A stretch of DNA of 64,000 nt from an uncultured bacterium (GTDB lineage Bacteria > Schekmanbacteria > GWA2-38-11 > J061), in contig CAZJVM010000001.1 in the NCBI GenBank assembly GCA_964549305.1, positions 5,217 to 69,216 on the forward strand, read 5' to 3'. Position 1 is the stretch's first letter. Each line of letters starts with the position of its first letter. Under the pieces are notes generated by a model, which saw only the letters and a list, made by a program, of their open reading frames with translations, was not told the DNA's origin and did no database searches. Positions 1-11,469 of the stretch are shown here, piece after piece. The position numbers and the translations under genes are program-made.

Positions 1-719
1 CCTATGTCGATGCTTCCGGGGAGTTTCTCGGGCTTTTGAAGGATGTGTCCGACCCCGAGAAGAAAAGAAAAATAATAGGCAATCATTTTATAAAGGTTTT
101 TGAAAGAGAAGCGGAAAAACTCGGAGGCTTTGATTATCTCGCGCAGGGCACTCTCTATCCTGATGTAATTGAAAGCGTATCCTGCAAAGGACCTTCGGCG
201 ACCATAAAAAGTCACCACAATGTGGGAGGTCTTCCGGAGAAATTTGACTTCGAACTGATTGAGCCCTTCAGAGAGCTTTTTAAAGATGAGGTGCGGCTTG
301 TAGGCCAGTCACTTAATATACCGGAGGATATTATTTTTCGTCAGCCCTTTCCCGGTCCCGGGCTTGCAATAAGAATTATAGGTGAGATTACTCACGAAGG
401 GCTCGATGTGCTGAGAGAGGCAGATGCCGTAGTAGTTGAGGAGATAAAGAATGCCGGGCTTTACAGGCAGATATGGCAGTCCTTTGCCGTGCTTCTGCCG
501 GTAAGGACAGTAGGAATAATGGGCGATGAGCGCACATACGAAAATGTCGTTGCCATAAGGGCTGTTGAGAGTTTCGACGGGATGACCGCGGACTGGGTAA
601 AACTTCCCCACGAGCTTCTCGAAAAAATATCAAACAGGATAATCAACGAAGTAAGGGGAGTCAACAGAGTCGTCTACGATATAAGCTCCAAACCGCCCAG
701 CACGATTGAGTGGGAATAG
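1..719 (+). CDS. guaA: GMP synthase (glutamine-hydrolysing), C-terminal portion; 5' end lies outside the window
   Basis: The ORF is open from the window edge. C-terminal GMP synthase dimerisation-domain motifs are present (...[14 protein letters not shown]..., ending IEWE). Confidence 0.9.
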   Translation, partial: YVDASGEFLGLLKDVSDPEKKRKIIGNHFIKVFEREAEKLGGFDYLAQGTLYPDVIESVSCKGPSATIKSHHNVGGLPEKFDFELIEPFRELFKDEVRLVGQSLNIPEDIIFRQPFPGPGLAIRIIGEITHEGLDVLREADAVVVEEIKNAGLYRQIWQSFAVLLPVRTVGIMGDERTYENVVAIRAVESFDGMTADWVKLPHELLEKISNRIINEVRGVNRVVYDISSKPPSTIEWE

Positions 720-744
720 CGTATTTGCCGGTTGCAACAAATTT

Positions 745-2868
745 ATGGGGGAAATCTCGCTTATTAAGAAAAAACAAGTTCAGCTGATTGTTTTATTTAT
801 ATTTGGTTTTTTATTGCTTTCCAATTTCAACACTTATTCCGCCGAAATCAATTATTATCAAAAGGCGCAGAATTTCGAAAAATCAGGAAACGAACATCTG
901 GCGTCAGTCTGTTATATAAGGTGCATTTCGGAGTATAAACCGATTTCTGATTATTTTCTTTACAGAATATTTCTCATCGCGCGAGACAAGGGCAATATTT
1001 CGTCTTGCAGGAAAATCACGAAAATCTTCAAAAAAAAATACCGCGAAAGCAGATGGTACGAAGGAGTGCTTTCGGGTATGGCAAATATGCTTCTGTTGCG
1101 TGAAGAATACGGAGAGTGCGTCAAGATTTATTCTGAATGTCTGAATATTTCAAAGGCAACCGACAGAAGGGCAGAGGTGATTTTCAAACTTGCTGAGGCA
1201 TATAAAAAAGAGGGTAAAAAGAGCAGTGCTAAAAAATATTACCTTACGCTTTGGAAAAATTATCCTTTTTCACCTTACGCTAAAACCGCGGAAGATATCC
1301 TTGCAGGTGAATATTACGGCGTCAAAGACGCAAGGGATAAATTCTATCTGTCAATACTGCATAAACGGGCGAAAATCCTTCACCAAAATTTCCTTTATAA
1401 GGCCGAGTTGACAGAACTTGAATATATAATAAGAAAGGCGGGAAACTCGCTGAGTAATTTTGTACTTGATGTAATTATGGATAAAGGCAGGGCGCTTGAA
1501 AGGTTAAAGGATTACCGAAGTGCCGCAAAACTTTATGACAGCATAGGCAACAGGATAAAAAAAAGCGCTTATGCTTCAAAATATCCTTTCTTCCTTTACA
1601 GAGAAACAAACTGTTATCTTCAGTTGTCCGATGAAAAGAATTTCCTCTCTGACGCAAATGAGATGGTCGGAAAATATAAAAACTCTTCTTATTGCGGGCG
1701 CACATACTATCTTCTTTATACCTTTTATAAAAACAGGAATGATTATAAAAATGCGAGATTTTACCTGGACAAGATAGTTGAAGGGGGAAGCAAGTATTTC
1801 GAAAAGGCTGACTTGCTGTGGAAAGCGGGTTTCCTCAGTTACGAAGAAGGGGATTACTCGTCCGCCATAAAATATTTCAGGATGTCTTCGGAATCTGCGG
1901 GAAATGATTCGAAACAATTCAGCAAGGCTTTGTTTTGGACCGGGAAGTCAGCGGAAAAAATAAGGCTTTCCGCCTACGCGCAGACTATGTTTAAAAAAGC
2001 GGAATCTTCGGACAGTTACTACGGTTGGTTGTCCCGGTACAGAGTTGACGGCAGTAAAATGAATTTAATGTCGTTAAACGATATTAAGTGCCGGGATATT
2101 GGTTTAAGCGACGGCACAGACTCAGATGATTTTTCCTGGAATCGTCTTCGTAATATAAAAGATAAAAAGTTTGTCCATTATTTAGAGCGCTCATTTTTGT
2201 TAAATATGCTGGGCGACGACGGAAATTCCGTCTATGAGTTGAACAAAGGGCGAAAACTGCTGAAGAATCCGGACAGGGCAGGTAAAGTTGCATTAGCATC
2301 TCTTCTGGTGCATTTAGGGGGATACAGGGAGGCAATTGATTATTTGAGGAGAGAAAACGATAATACGCTCAATATTCTTTCTCCTTCCGAAGATATTATG
2401 AGAATAGTCTACCCCTTTGCTTATTACGATGAAATCGCCCGTTCTTCAAAGGATGCCTCAATAAATCCGTTTTTCGTAATGGCATTGATTCGTCAGGAGA
2501 GCTTTTTCAATCCGGCAGCATTGTCAACAGCCGGCGCGGTGGGATTAATGCAGGTGATGCCTTCAACTGCGGAGAAAGTTGCCGGATCGGATATATACGG
2601 GGAAATGCTCTATGATTACCGTTTAAATATCAGCATAGGCGTCAAATACCTTTCCGGGTTGATGGGGGAAAACGGCAGGAATCCCTATTTGGTTTTACCT
2701 GCCTATAATGCGGGGGAAAAAAAATTGGCTGAATGGAAGAAAAAGATAGATTATTCCGATCCCGAATATTTTACGGAGAAGATAACCTATGGTGAAACGC
2801 GGGAATACATAAAAAAGGTGATGACGAATTTCTTTAACTATATGAGTATTTACTGCGGGGAGAACTAA
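745..2868 (+). CDS. Soluble lytic murein transglycosylase (TPR/superhelical N-terminal region plus C-terminal SLT domain)
   Basis: SLT catalytic region ALIRQESFFNPAALSTAGAVGLMQVMPSTA with AYNAG. N-terminal signal peptide after the internal Met (MGEISLIKKKQVQLIVLFIFGFLLLS). The start was moved to ATG 745, which precedes the hydrophobic segment. Confidence 0.8.
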   Translation: MGEISLIKKKQVQLIVLFIFGFLLLSNFNTYSAEINYYQKAQNFEKSGNEHLASVCYIRCISEYKPISDYFLYRIFLIARDKGNISSCRKITKIFKKKYRESRWYEGVLSGMANMLLLREEYGECVKIYSECLNISKATDRRAEVIFKLAEAYKKEGKKSSAKKYYLTLWKNYPFSPYAKTAEDILAGEYYGVKDARDKFYLSILHKRAKILHQNFLYKAELTELEYIIRKAGNSLSNFVLDVIMDKGRALERLKDYRSAAKLYDSIGNRIKKSAYASKYPFFLYRETNCYLQLSDEKNFLSDANEMVGKYKNSSYCGRTYYLLYTFYKNRNDYKNARFYLDKIVEGGSKYFEKADLLWKAGFLSYEEGDYSSAIKYFRMSSESAGNDSKQFSKALFWTGKSAEKIRLSAYAQTMFKKAESSDSYYGWLSRYRVDGSKMNLMSLNDIKCRDIGLSDGTDSDDFSWNRLRNIKDKKFVHYLERSFLLNMLGDDGNSVYELNKGRKLLKNPDRAGKVALASLLVHLGGYREAIDYLRRENDNTLNILSPSEDIMRIVYPFAYYDEIARSSKDASINPFFVMALIRQESFFNPAALSTAGAVGLMQVMPSTAEKVAGSDIYGEMLYDYRLNISIGVKYLSGLMGENGRNPYLVLPAYNAGEKKLAEWKKKIDYSDPEYFTEKITYGETREYIKKVMTNFFNYMSIYCGEN

Positions 2869-2874
2869 ATGTAC

Positions 2875-3744
2875 CTAATGAATTTGATTGATGTAATCTT
2901 CAATGAGACTGCGGTTTTCAGGAGATATTCTCGAGATGTTTATCCCGGTTGAGTATTTTATTACATCACCTTCGGGAACCTCTATGCATCTGCACACCTT
3001 TCCGTCAATGTAAATGACTTTGTCGTTAATCATGAGATTTACTCCAACGTGGTCATTGGGTTTCAACGGATAAATATGCCGAAGAAGAAGTCCGCTGAGA
3101 CTTATATCCGTTACTTCCGCTTTTTCCTTGTTTTCTTCCATATTTTCCTTGTTTAGACTGTTGCAGTAAGCAAAGGTATTTACGCTGTAACGGGGATAAC
3201 GTCTTTTTTCGAGATATGAGTGTGTCATGGAAATCAATTCCATAAACCTGTCGGGAGAATTGATGGAAAGAAAACCGTCGATGAATGCACTGTTTTTAAG
3301 AAGATTGTTCCAGTAAAGATTCAGTTTTTCTTTTTCAACATCATTCTTTCCGTCTTTTTGAAAAGCTTCCACCGAGTGAAATAACATTACACAGATAACT
3401 TTAATGCCCGCACTTCCCTCGATACCCAAATCAATCTTTTTCTTTAAACGACCAATGAAAAGAAGTGAGTTAGAAATGTAAAGAAAAGGGCAGTAATTAA
3501 TAGTAAAGGGAAAAACTCCGTTCTTCAGGAAGTCTGACGCGTCCCTGAGAAGCGATTCCTTCATCTTTCCCCATTGTTTGGAAAGAAGCGCGAATTCTCT
3601 TCTCGCTGCCTGAGAGTTGCATACTTTATCAGATGATGAAAGCTTGCCTGATATTTCGAGGAATAAGTCTTTTATATTGTCTGACTCAAGATCAAGGTCG
3701 ACAATATCGGGGAGATACTCTTTGAATTCCTCTTTTATAGCCAT
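2875..3744 (-). CDS. PilZ-domain (c-di-GMP binding) protein with an uncharacterised N-terminal domain
   Basis: The C-terminal region carries both PilZ signature motifs: RxxxR (EKRRYPRYSV) and D/NxSxxG (DISLSGLLL). The N-terminal ~190 aa have no motif I recognise. Confidence 0.55.
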   Translation of the reverse strand: MAIKEEFKEYLPDIVDLDLESDNIKDLFLEISGKLSSSDKVCNSQAARREFALLSKQWGKMKESLLRDASDFLKNGVFPFTINYCPFLYISNSLLFIGRLKKKIDLGIEGSAGIKVICVMLFHSVEAFQKDGKNDVEKEKLNLYWNNLLKNSAFIDGFLSINSPDRFMELISMTHSYLEKRRYPRYSVNTFAYCNSLNKENMEENKEKAEVTDISLSGLLLRHIYPLKPNDHVGVNLMINDKVIYIDGKVCRCIEVPEGDVIKYSTGINISRISPENRSLIEDYINQIH

Positions 3745-3925
3745 AATTTAATTATTAATAAGTTAATTTAAATTATAAGATTTTGTCATTAGTCGTGTCA
3801 ATTTTTTTGTCAAAAATCAATAAGCAATTTTTTAAGCGAAAAACAGTTTCAGTTTCGGTAATAGTCCTTCTAATCTTTAGGGAAATCTTTATTAATTTAT
3901 GATTGGTAATCAAAGAGGGATAAAT

Positions 3926-5110
3926 CTACGTTGATTGTTTGCTCATCTGTTTGAAGTATTTAAAACAGAAGGACGCATAGATTGAAAGGAGGGTGCGGAC
4001 TTTCCTGAAATAATCCTCAGCATGAGACTGCGACGGTTTGTCTTCGGAAAGAAGTTTGTTAATTTGCCTCAGAAGGGTGAGTGTGTCGAGGGAGGACGAT
4101 TTAAGTAGTGAGATGTCGCTGTCTGAAAGTTTTTCATCAAGTATCAATCCGTATTTTTTATCCATTTCAAAGAGTGATTCCGTAAAGGCGCGCACCTTTT
4201 CCGTTTCCCACGCTTTTTTGCCTATTTGCCAGTATATCTGCCTGTTTTCGATTCCTATGGAAAGCAGTCTCATCTCCCTGATATTTTTCCTGAATTCGTA
4301 ATAATCCTTATTACCGATTCTTCCCGAACTCCTTTTTGATTTTTTGCCATTGTAATCAACTTTGGAAGAAATTCTCCTGCCGAATAAGTATTCAAGGAAT
4401 AATTCGTTTGCCGCGGGATAATCGGGATGCTCCATATGGGTGCTGAAAAAAAATATCATTCCTCTGTTTAAATTTCTTTTTCCCGCAAGTATCGCTCCGT
4501 TGCAGGTTTCTTCAGCGAGTTTCTCATTTACCAAAAACATTGTTTTTCCCGTAAAACCGTTGAACAGAGCGAGAGGAGTTATGGATTTGTCGTCTTTAAT
4601 CAGCGGTCCTCCGTAAATAGGCGAAAGCAATTTATTATCTTCCATATTTGTTCCGCCTGAAAGTATTTCCATATTTATTTCCCCGCGCACCGGATGAAAA
4701 ATATAACTGCACCCGTAAGAAGTGCTGTATTTGTATTCCATTGCTTTTGCCTTGGGAAGAGATGAGGAGAGGTTGTTGATTTTTCCAGATGTAAAATTAA
4801 AGTGATGAAGAGGTTTTTTTGATGACCTGAGGACGAGGTATGCTCCCGCGCATATTCCCGCGTAAATTCCGCCTTTTGAAATAAAGTCACTGATGGCGCG
4901 TGCTCCCTCTTCTCCCAACGATTCCGCAACGGCAAAACTGTCGCCGCCTGAAACTATGAGAATATCCGAAGCATCGAGAATGCCATTTCCGATATCTTTG
5001 GAAGATACGAAACTGACTGAGAAAATATTATACTTTTCAAAAAGTTTAATCAGCCAGATAAAAGAGTGTGACGCTCCTTCATCGGTATATATTGAAATTC
5101 TTTTTTCCAT
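3926..5110 (-). CDS. Hypothetical protein with N-terminal class-I glutamine-amidotransferase-like / BPL_N-like fold
   Basis: The N-terminus ILIVSGGDSFAVAESLGEEGARAISDFISKGGIYAGICAGAYL resembles GATase1-like or BPL_N-type domains. I do not recognise the remainder. Confidence 0.35.
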   Translation of the reverse strand: MEKRISIYTDEGASHSFIWLIKLFEKYNIFSVSFVSSKDIGNGILDASDILIVSGGDSFAVAESLGEEGARAISDFISKGGIYAGICAGAYLVLRSSKKPLHHFNFTSGKINNLSSSLPKAKAMEYKYSTSYGCSYIFHPVRGEINMEILSGGTNMEDNKLLSPIYGGPLIKDDKSITPLALFNGFTGKTMFLVNEKLAEETCNGAILAGKRNLNRGMIFFFSTHMEHPDYPAANELFLEYLFGRRISSKVDYNGKKSKRSSGRIGNKDYYEFRKNIREMRLLSIGIENRQIYWQIGKKAWETEKVRAFTESLFEMDKKYGLILDEKLSDSDISLLKSSSLDTLTLLRQINKLLSEDKPSQSHAEDYFRKVRTLLSIYASFCFKYFKQMSKQST

Positions 5111-5227
5111 TTAATCAAGAAAATGCTTTAATCAAAGCCGGATTTATTATATAAATTTGATGAAACAAGGCAATTTTAAAGCAGTTCATTAATTCATTCA
5201 TATAAGAGAAAAAGCTTATATTTCGTT

Positions 5228-6304
5228 ATGGAACTTAAAATCGAAGAACTCAGGAAAAAAATAGATTCCATCGATTCCCGTATTTTGAAGCTTTTAAGCC
5301 AGCGCGGAACGATAGCAAAAAAAATCGGTGAAATAAAGAAAAAGAACGGAACCAAAATTCATGTCCCTCATCGCGAAGAGGAAGTGTTAAAGAAAATAGA
5401 AAGGGAAAACAGCGGGCCTTTTCCTACGGCAGTAATGAAAGGTCTGTTTAAGGAAATAATATCCTCCACGCGCTCACTTGAAGAACCGCTTACCGTATCC
5501 TGTCTCGGACCTTTGGCTTCATTTTCCCATTTGGCTTCAATAAAGCAATTCGGAAAATCAGCCAATGTGCTCACAAAACCTTTTTTCAAGGATGTCTTCG
5601 ATGATGTGGAAAAAGATGTGTCTTCTTATGGCGTTGTGCCCATCGAAAATTCTTATGAGGGTACCGTCAACGAAACTCTGGACCTTTTCCTTGATTACTC
5701 ACTCAAGATTACGGGGGAATTGTTTTTAAGGATAAATCATAATCTTATGAATATTTCAGGCAAGGCAAAGGAAATAAAGACCATAGTAAGTCATCCACAA
5801 GCACTCGGGCAGTGCAGGGAATGGCTTGCCAAGAATATGCCGGGCGTAAATGTGGAGGTAGTTTCGAGTTCCTCAATGGCGGCAAAAATAGCGTCACAGG
5901 ACCGCAGAAAAGCCGCGATAGCGAGCAAAACGGCTATTGATATCTACGGTCTTAAAAGTGTATCGGAGCACATAGAAGACAGCGTCAACAATTTTACCCG
6001 ATTTCTCGTATTGGGGAAAAACAGCAACTCTAAGTCCGGGAAAGATAAAACATCGATTATATTTGCGGTAAATGATAAGGCAGGCGCTCTTCACGATGCT
6101 CTTTCTTTTTTTTCAGAGAGCAGATTAAGCCTTACAAAGATAGAGTCGAGGCCGTCCAAAAAAAAACCGTGGGAGTATATATTCTACATTGATTTTATAG
6201 GCCATGTTGAAGATCGTTCAGCCAAGAAGGCCCTTTCACGCCTTGAAAGCAACTGTCTTTTCCTCAATATTCTCGGCTCATATCCGCGGGGCACTCTTGA
6301 CTAA
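5228..6304 (+). CDS. pheA: Bifunctional chorismate mutase / prephenate dehydratase (P-protein)
   Basis: N-terminal chorismate mutase region (LRKKIDSIDSRILKLLSQR). This is followed by a prephenate dehydratase domain (VSCLGPLASFSHLA...) and a C-terminal ACT domain (IIFAVNDKAGALHDALSFF...ESRPS). Confidence 0.85.
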   Translation: MELKIEELRKKIDSIDSRILKLLSQRGTIAKKIGEIKKKNGTKIHVPHREEEVLKKIERENSGPFPTAVMKGLFKEIISSTRSLEEPLTVSCLGPLASFSHLASIKQFGKSANVLTKPFFKDVFDDVEKDVSSYGVVPIENSYEGTVNETLDLFLDYSLKITGELFLRINHNLMNISGKAKEIKTIVSHPQALGQCREWLAKNMPGVNVEVVSSSSMAAKIASQDRRKAAIASKTAIDIYGLKSVSEHIEDSVNNFTRFLVLGKNSNSKSGKDKTSIIFAVNDKAGALHDALSFFSESRLSLTKIESRPSKKKPWEYIFYIDFIGHVEDRSAKKALSRLESNCLFLNILGSYPRGTLD

Positions 6305-6307
6305 GAA

Positions 6308-6958
6308 ATGAACCTCTCATATTCAATCGTAAGCTATATGGCTTTGCTGCTTTCCATTTCGGTCCACGAATGTTCCCACGCATGGAGCGCCAATTACTTC
6401 GGTGATGAAACTGCAAAAAGAATGGGGCGCCTGACCATCAATCCCATACCGCATATCGACCCCTTCGGGACGCTTTTGTTTCCTATGCTCATGATTTTTT
6501 CGGGCAGCGGGTTTCTTATCGGATGGGCAAAACCGGTTCCGGTTGATTTGAGAAATCTCAAAAATCCGAGAAAAGACAACCTCTGGATATCATTTGCGGG
6601 ACCTTTGAGCAATCTTGCTCTCGCGGGTATATTTGCCCTACTTTTTCATACTATCATAAGATTTACTAATGACCCGTTGTCGTCTGCTCAGACATCGGTT
6701 ATCGAACCTTTCATCATTTTTGTCTATATGAGCATCCGCATCAATGTTATTCTTGCCATATTCAATATGATACCGGTTTTTCCTCTTGACGGAAGCGGAG
6801 TGATTTCAGGGCTTTTACCCTATGACAAAGCGGTCGCTTTTGAGAGGATGAGGCCATACGGTTTTTTGATACTTATGATTCTTCTCTTTACAAATATCCT
6901 TGGTGTTATTATTACGCCTGTGAGCAATGTGATTTTTTCGTTGCTCGGTGTGGGATAA
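6308..6958 (+). CDS. Site-2 protease family (peptidase M50) membrane metalloprotease, short form
   Basis: HExxH zinc motif (VHECSHAW) lies in the first TM helix. The protein is polytopic and hydrophobic. A second-ligand region reads NMIPVFPLDGSGV, as in M50 LDG motifs. Confidence 0.65.
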   Translation: MNLSYSIVSYMALLLSISVHECSHAWSANYFGDETAKRMGRLTINPIPHIDPFGTLLFPMLMIFSGSGFLIGWAKPVPVDLRNLKNPRKDNLWISFAGPLSNLALAGIFALLFHTIIRFTNDPLSSAQTSVIEPFIIFVYMSIRINVILAIFNMIPVFPLDGSGVISGLLPYDKAVAFERMRPYGFLILMILLFTNILGVIITPVSNVIFSLLGVG

Positions 6959-6975
6959 AATAACGGAGCGATTAA

Positions 6976-7971
6976 ATGAGTGGGAAAAAAAGACGGGTAT
7001 TAAGCGGAATGAGGCCAACGGGTCCTCTTCATCTCGGACACTACATAGGCGTCCTTGAAAACTGGAAAGCAATGCAAAGTGAAAACGAGTGTTTTTTCTT
7101 TGTTGCAGACTGGCACGCATTGACAACTGAATATCAGGATGCTTCGAATATAAGAAAATATTCCGAAGATATTGTTATTGACTGGCTCGCTTCGGGAGTA
7201 AATCCGGATGAGTGCACAATATTCGTTCAGTCCGATGTGCTCGAACATTCCGAACTTCATTTGCTTTTATCTATGATTATACCAATTCCATGGCTTGAAA
7301 GGGTTCCATCCTACAAGGAAACCAGAATGAATCTAAAGAACAGGGATCTCTCTACATACGGTTTTTTGGGATATCCTCTTCTACAGTCGGCGGACATTCT
7401 GATGTATTCTGCGGATGTGGTTCCCGTGGGAGTCGACCAGGTTCCTCATATCGAGCTTGCGAGGGAGGTGGCAAGAAGATTCAACCATATATACGGTAAG
7501 GATGTTTTTACCGAGCCTCAGCCGCTATTGACATCTACGCCAAAACTTCCCGGGACTGACGGAAGAAAGATGAGTAAAAGTTTTGACAACTGCATTTACC
7601 TCTCCGATAAAATTGAAACCGTGGAGAAAAAACTGAAGACGATGACAACCGATCCGCAGAGGATAAAAAGGAACGATGCGGGCAACCCTGATGTGTGCCC
7701 TGTTTATGATTATCAAAAGGTATTTTCTTCAAAGGATGAAGTCGAAACTGTTTCACAGGGATGCAGAGGAGCTGATATAGGCTGTGTGGACTGTAAAAAA
7801 ATTCTCACAGGAAATATAAGGGAATTTTTCGTCACATATTCACAGGCGCGGGAAAAAATAGCGAAGCATCGCGATTATGCGATTGACGTTCTTGAAAAGG
7901 GCAGAAAGAAAGCGTCTGAAGAAGCATCTGTTATGATGGAAAAAGTAAGGAAAAGTATGAAGCTGAGGTAA
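6976..7971 (+). CDS. trpS: Tryptophan--tRNA ligase
   Basis: Class I aaRS HIGH motif (GPLHLGHYIG) and KMSKS motif (KMSKS) are both present. Length is 331 aa. Confidence 0.9.
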   Translation: MSGKKRRVLSGMRPTGPLHLGHYIGVLENWKAMQSENECFFFVADWHALTTEYQDASNIRKYSEDIVIDWLASGVNPDECTIFVQSDVLEHSELHLLLSMIIPIPWLERVPSYKETRMNLKNRDLSTYGFLGYPLLQSADILMYSADVVPVGVDQVPHIELAREVARRFNHIYGKDVFTEPQPLLTSTPKLPGTDGRKMSKSFDNCIYLSDKIETVEKKLKTMTTDPQRIKRNDAGNPDVCPVYDYQKVFSSKDEVETVSQGCRGADIGCVDCKKILTGNIREFFVTYSQAREKIAKHRDYAIDVLEKGRKKASEEASVMMEKVRKSMKLR

Positions 7972-7980
7972 CCTTATGCT

Positions 7981-10900
7981 ATGGATAAGATATTTTCAAA
8001 AAAAGTTAAGAGAATCAGAAATATCTTCAATGCAGAGATAGGGGATAATAATGAAATATCAGGATTAACCGGTTCATCCTCAGCATTTCTGCTTTCGCAA
8101 TTTCTAAACCGTGACAGTCAGACCTTTTTTATCGCATCGACTCCCGAGAAGGCCAAAATTCTTTATGGGAACCTGGTTTTTTTCAGGCAAAATTTCAGTA
8201 ATCAAAAAGATTCAGACGAAAGCGAAAATATTTATTACCTTCCTCCGAGAGACACTGCTTTGTATGATGAGCTCTCTCCCGACCATGAAATAACTTCTCA
8301 AAGAATATATTGTCTTCTTAAAATGATGAGTTCTCCCGGGATATTCATAACTGTTCCGGAATGCCTGACGACCTATTTGATGCCTAAAGAATTTCTCGAA
8401 AACAAGCGCAAAGACATAGATTCGGGAGATATGATTGACCGCGAGGAATTCGCCCGTTATCTCTTTGAGTCAGGATATGTGCGCAGTGAATTTGTGGAAC
8501 AGAGAGGGGAATTTAGCGTCAGAGGAGGAATTATAGATTTTTTCCCCGGTTATTATGACCATCCGGTGCGAATAGAACTTTCAGGTGATGAGGTCGTTTC
8601 CATAAGGGAATTTGACCCTTTTTCCCAACGGTCTGTCAAAAAGCTTTTAAGTGCCTCGGTATTTCCCGTGAGAGAAGTAGCGTATGGTGATGACAGAGAA
8701 TCCCTGCTTGAAAAATATTCGGACCGATTTGGCGACCTGACAAAACATCCGAAAGCGAAAAGAATCAGAGAAAAAATCGAGGAGGGGGAATATTTTCCCG
8801 GTATCGAAAACTATCTTCCTCTCTTTTATTCTGAAAAGAGCTCATTGTTCGACTATATGCAGAAGGATGCTCTTATCGTAACAGATGAGAAAGACTCCCT
8901 TTTGGAAAAAATATACGAGGCATACAATGATTATGAAAATATCCGGAAAGAATCCGGCATAGGCGACGCGCCCACATTACCTGTGGAATCTCTTTGTCTT
9001 GACAGTGAAGGGGTAAAGAAACAACTCTCCCGGTTCAGGCAGGCAAATATTTCCTTCCTCGCATCTTCAGATGCGAGTGTTTGTTTGGATATAAAGAGCA
9101 CTGATTATCTTCATATTGATATAAATCTTCGCTCGGACCGTTTTTTTTCCGTTGCCTCTGAATTAAAAAAGAAAAGGGATGAGGGATACCGTGTTTATAT
9201 TGCCGCGGCATCAAAACCGCGCGCGGAAAGACTGATTAAGATGTTTATGGATTATGAACTTTCCACGGGCATTTTTAAAAACAGGGAAGTTGACCTGTTA
9301 GAGGGAATAACGAAATCTCCCACTCCTCCCCGAATTGTAGTAGGCAGTCTTTCGGACGGATTTGTCATTGATGACCTGAAACTCATCTTTGTGACGGAAA
9401 AGGATATTTTTGGAAAAAAATCGGATGTCTACCGTAAAAAGGTGGTTACACGAATCAAGTATTCCTCGACTTTCGAAAGTCTTAAAAGGGGTGATTATGT
9501 TGTTCATACCGATTACGGAATAGGCAAGTTTTCCGGACTTGAAAGTATGGCGTCTGATGGCAGGCAAATTGATTTTCTTGTCGTCACATATCAGGAAGGA
9601 GAGAAGGTTTATGTGCCTTCCGACAGTTTTGGGCTTGTGCAGAGGTATATAGGCGCAAGCGGTTCGAAACCCGTCATTGACAAACTTGGAACGCAGAACT
9701 GGAAAAAAAGGAAGGAAAGGGCGAAAAAAGCTATTGCCACAATAGCGCAGGAACTTGTGGAACTTTATGCCTTGAGGCAAACATCCAGGGGGTATTCTTT
9801 TTCGACTGATGATAACTGGATAAGGGAATTCGAATCAAAATTTGAATATGAGGAAACCCCCCATCAGATTAGGGCAATAGAGGATATAAAAGCGGATATG
9901 GAGTCAGCAAGACCGATGGACAGACTCGTTTGCGGTGATGTGGGATACGGAAAAACAGAGGTGGCAATGCGCTCCGCTTTCAAGGCAATACTGGACACGA
10001 AACAGATTGCCGTACTTGTCCCTACCACTATTCTTGCTCATCAGCATTATAAAACTTTTATGGAAAGATTCTCCGGATTTCCCGTAAGAATCGAAATGCT
10101 TTCAAGGTTCATACCGAAGAGGAAGCAAAAAGAGATTATTGATGATGTAGAGTCCGGGAAAGTGGATATCGTAATAGGTACTCATTCGCTTGTCATTAAT
10201 AAAATGAGGTTCAAAGACCTCGGGCTTCTTGTCATTGACGAAGAGCACCGTTTTGGCGTGAAACATAAGGAGAGACTTAAAAGAATTAAAAAGGATGTCG
10301 ATGTGCTTACGTTGACGGCGACGCCTATTCCGAGAACGCTTCAATTTTCAATGATGGGTATAAGAGATATGAGCGTAATAGAAACTCCTCCCGAAGAGAG
10401 ATTGCCCGTGAAGACATTTGTTTCAACCTTCAGTAAAAATATCATTAAAAAAGCTATACTTGCTGAAAAGGAAAGAGGGGGACAGATTTATTTTGTTCAC
10501 AACCGGGTGCAAAGTATTCCGGCAATTTACCAGTTTCTCGAAAAACTCATTCCGGAAGTGAAAATAGGGATTGCCCACGGACAGATGAAACCCTCGGAGC
10601 TTGAAGAGATAATGATACGCTTTGTAAACAAGGAATATGACCTTCTTCTTTCAACGACCATTATCGAGTCGGGCATAGATATTCCATCGGTAAATACGAT
10701 AATAATCAACAGGGCGGACAAGCTTGGATTGGCGCAGTTGTATCAGCTAAGAGGGAGGGTAGGCAGAAGCAGAGAACAATCATACGCATATATACTCGTT
10801 CCTGCGGATAAATCTCTCACGGAAGTGGCAAGGAAGCGGCTTTCCGTTATAGAAGAATTGTCCGAACTCGGGTCAGGTTTTAAAGTGTCAATGCATGACC

Positions 10901-11463
10901 TTGAAATCAGGGGAGGCGGAAATATACTCGGAGAAGCACAATCGGGACAAATAGCCGCAATCGGATATGAACTTTACTGCAAGCTGATAAAAGAGACAAT
11001 AGGTGAAATAAAGGGGAAGGAACAAAAGACTACTCAGTGCAAAGTGGATTTGAAAACCGATGCCCTTATCCCCGATACATTTATCGATGATTCGATGAAA
11101 AGAATATCAGCATACAGAAGAATATCGGAAGCGACTGAGTTAGATGAGCTTGATGAACTGAGAAATGAATTTACCGATAAATACGGCCCTTTGCCGTTGT
11201 CATTTGAAAAGCTTTTGTTGATATCTCAATTGAGAATAGGAGCTCAGAAAAAATTCATCGAGTCAGTGAGCGAAGCGCCGCAGGGGCTGGTTTTTCGCTT
11301 CGCCGGTAATTTTAAAGCGTCCGAATCGTTTCTCAGTAAACTTCTTTCAACTGACAGATATGAGGTGAAGTTTACGGATGATAATTCTATATTTCTTAAA
11401 TCCGGGGATAAAAGCGCTGATAAAGCTAGTCTTGCTCTGGAGTTTGTGGAGTTTGTGGGTTAG
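7981..11463 (+). CDS. mfd: Transcription-repair coupling factor
   Basis: 1160 aa. A UvrB-homology N-terminal region and a CarD/TRCF domain are followed by superfamily-2 helicase motifs ([26 protein letters not shown]). Confidence 0.9.
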   Translation: MDKIFSKKVKRIRNIFNAEIGDNNEISGLTGSSSAFLLSQFLNRDSQTFFIASTPEKAKILYGNLVFFRQNFSNQKDSDESENIYYLPPRDTALYDELSPDHEITSQRIYCLLKMMSSPGIFITVPECLTTYLMPKEFLENKRKDIDSGDMIDREEFARYLFESGYVRSEFVEQRGEFSVRGGIIDFFPGYYDHPVRIELSGDEVVSIREFDPFSQRSVKKLLSASVFPVREVAYGDDRESLLEKYSDRFGDLTKHPKAKRIREKIEEGEYFPGIENYLPLFYSEKSSLFDYMQKDALIVTDEKDSLLEKIYEAYNDYENIRKESGIGDAPTLPVESLCLDSEGVKKQLSRFRQANISFLASSDASVCLDIKSTDYLHIDINLRSDRFFSVASELKKKRDEGYRVYIAAASKPRAERLIKMFMDYELSTGIFKNREVDLLEGITKSPTPPRIVVGSLSDGFVIDDLKLIFVTEKDIFGKKSDVYRKKVVTRIKYSSTFESLKRGDYVVHTDYGIGKFSGLESMASDGRQIDFLVVTYQEGEKVYVPSDSFGLVQRYIGASGSKPVIDKLGTQNWKKRKERAKKAIATIAQELVELYALRQTSRGYSFSTDDNWIREFESKFEYEETPHQIRAIEDIKADMESARPMDRLVCGDVGYGKTEVAMRSAFKAILDTKQIAVLVPTTILAHQHYKTFMERFSGFPVRIEMLSRFIPKRKQKEIIDDVESGKVDIVIGTHSLVINKMRFKDLGLLVIDEEHRFGVKHKERLKRIKKDVDVLTLTATPIPRTLQFSMMGIRDMSVIETPPEERLPVKTFVSTFSKNIIKKAILAEKERGGQIYFVHNRVQSIPAIYQFLEKLIPEVKIGIAHGQMKPSELEEIMIRFVNKEYDLLLSTTIIESGIDIPSVNTIIINRADKLGLAQLYQLRGRVGRSREQSYAYILVPADKSLTEVARKRLSVIEELSELGSGFKVSMHDLEIRGGGNILGEAQSGQIAAIGYELYCKLIKETIGEIKGKEQKTTQCKVDLKTDALIPDTFIDDSMKRISAYRRISEATELDELDELRNEFTDKYGPLPLSFEKLLLISQLRIGAQKKFIESVSEAPQGLVFRFAGNFKASESFLSKLLSTDRYEVKFTDDNSIFLKSGDKSADKASLALEFVEFVG

Positions 11464-11469
11464 AGGATA

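Noticed and set aside
309-664. Antisense ORFs inside guaA (and similar antisense/out-of-frame ORFs throughout, e.g. 9298-9780 in mfd, 36996-37541 in pheS, 49798-50508 in purB, 55151-55666 in purF, 15508-15915 inside flhG)
   Set aside because: They are embedded in strongly supported genes on the other strand or frame. They have low-complexity or Arg/Ser-rich composition typical of shadow ORFs, and no homology signals.
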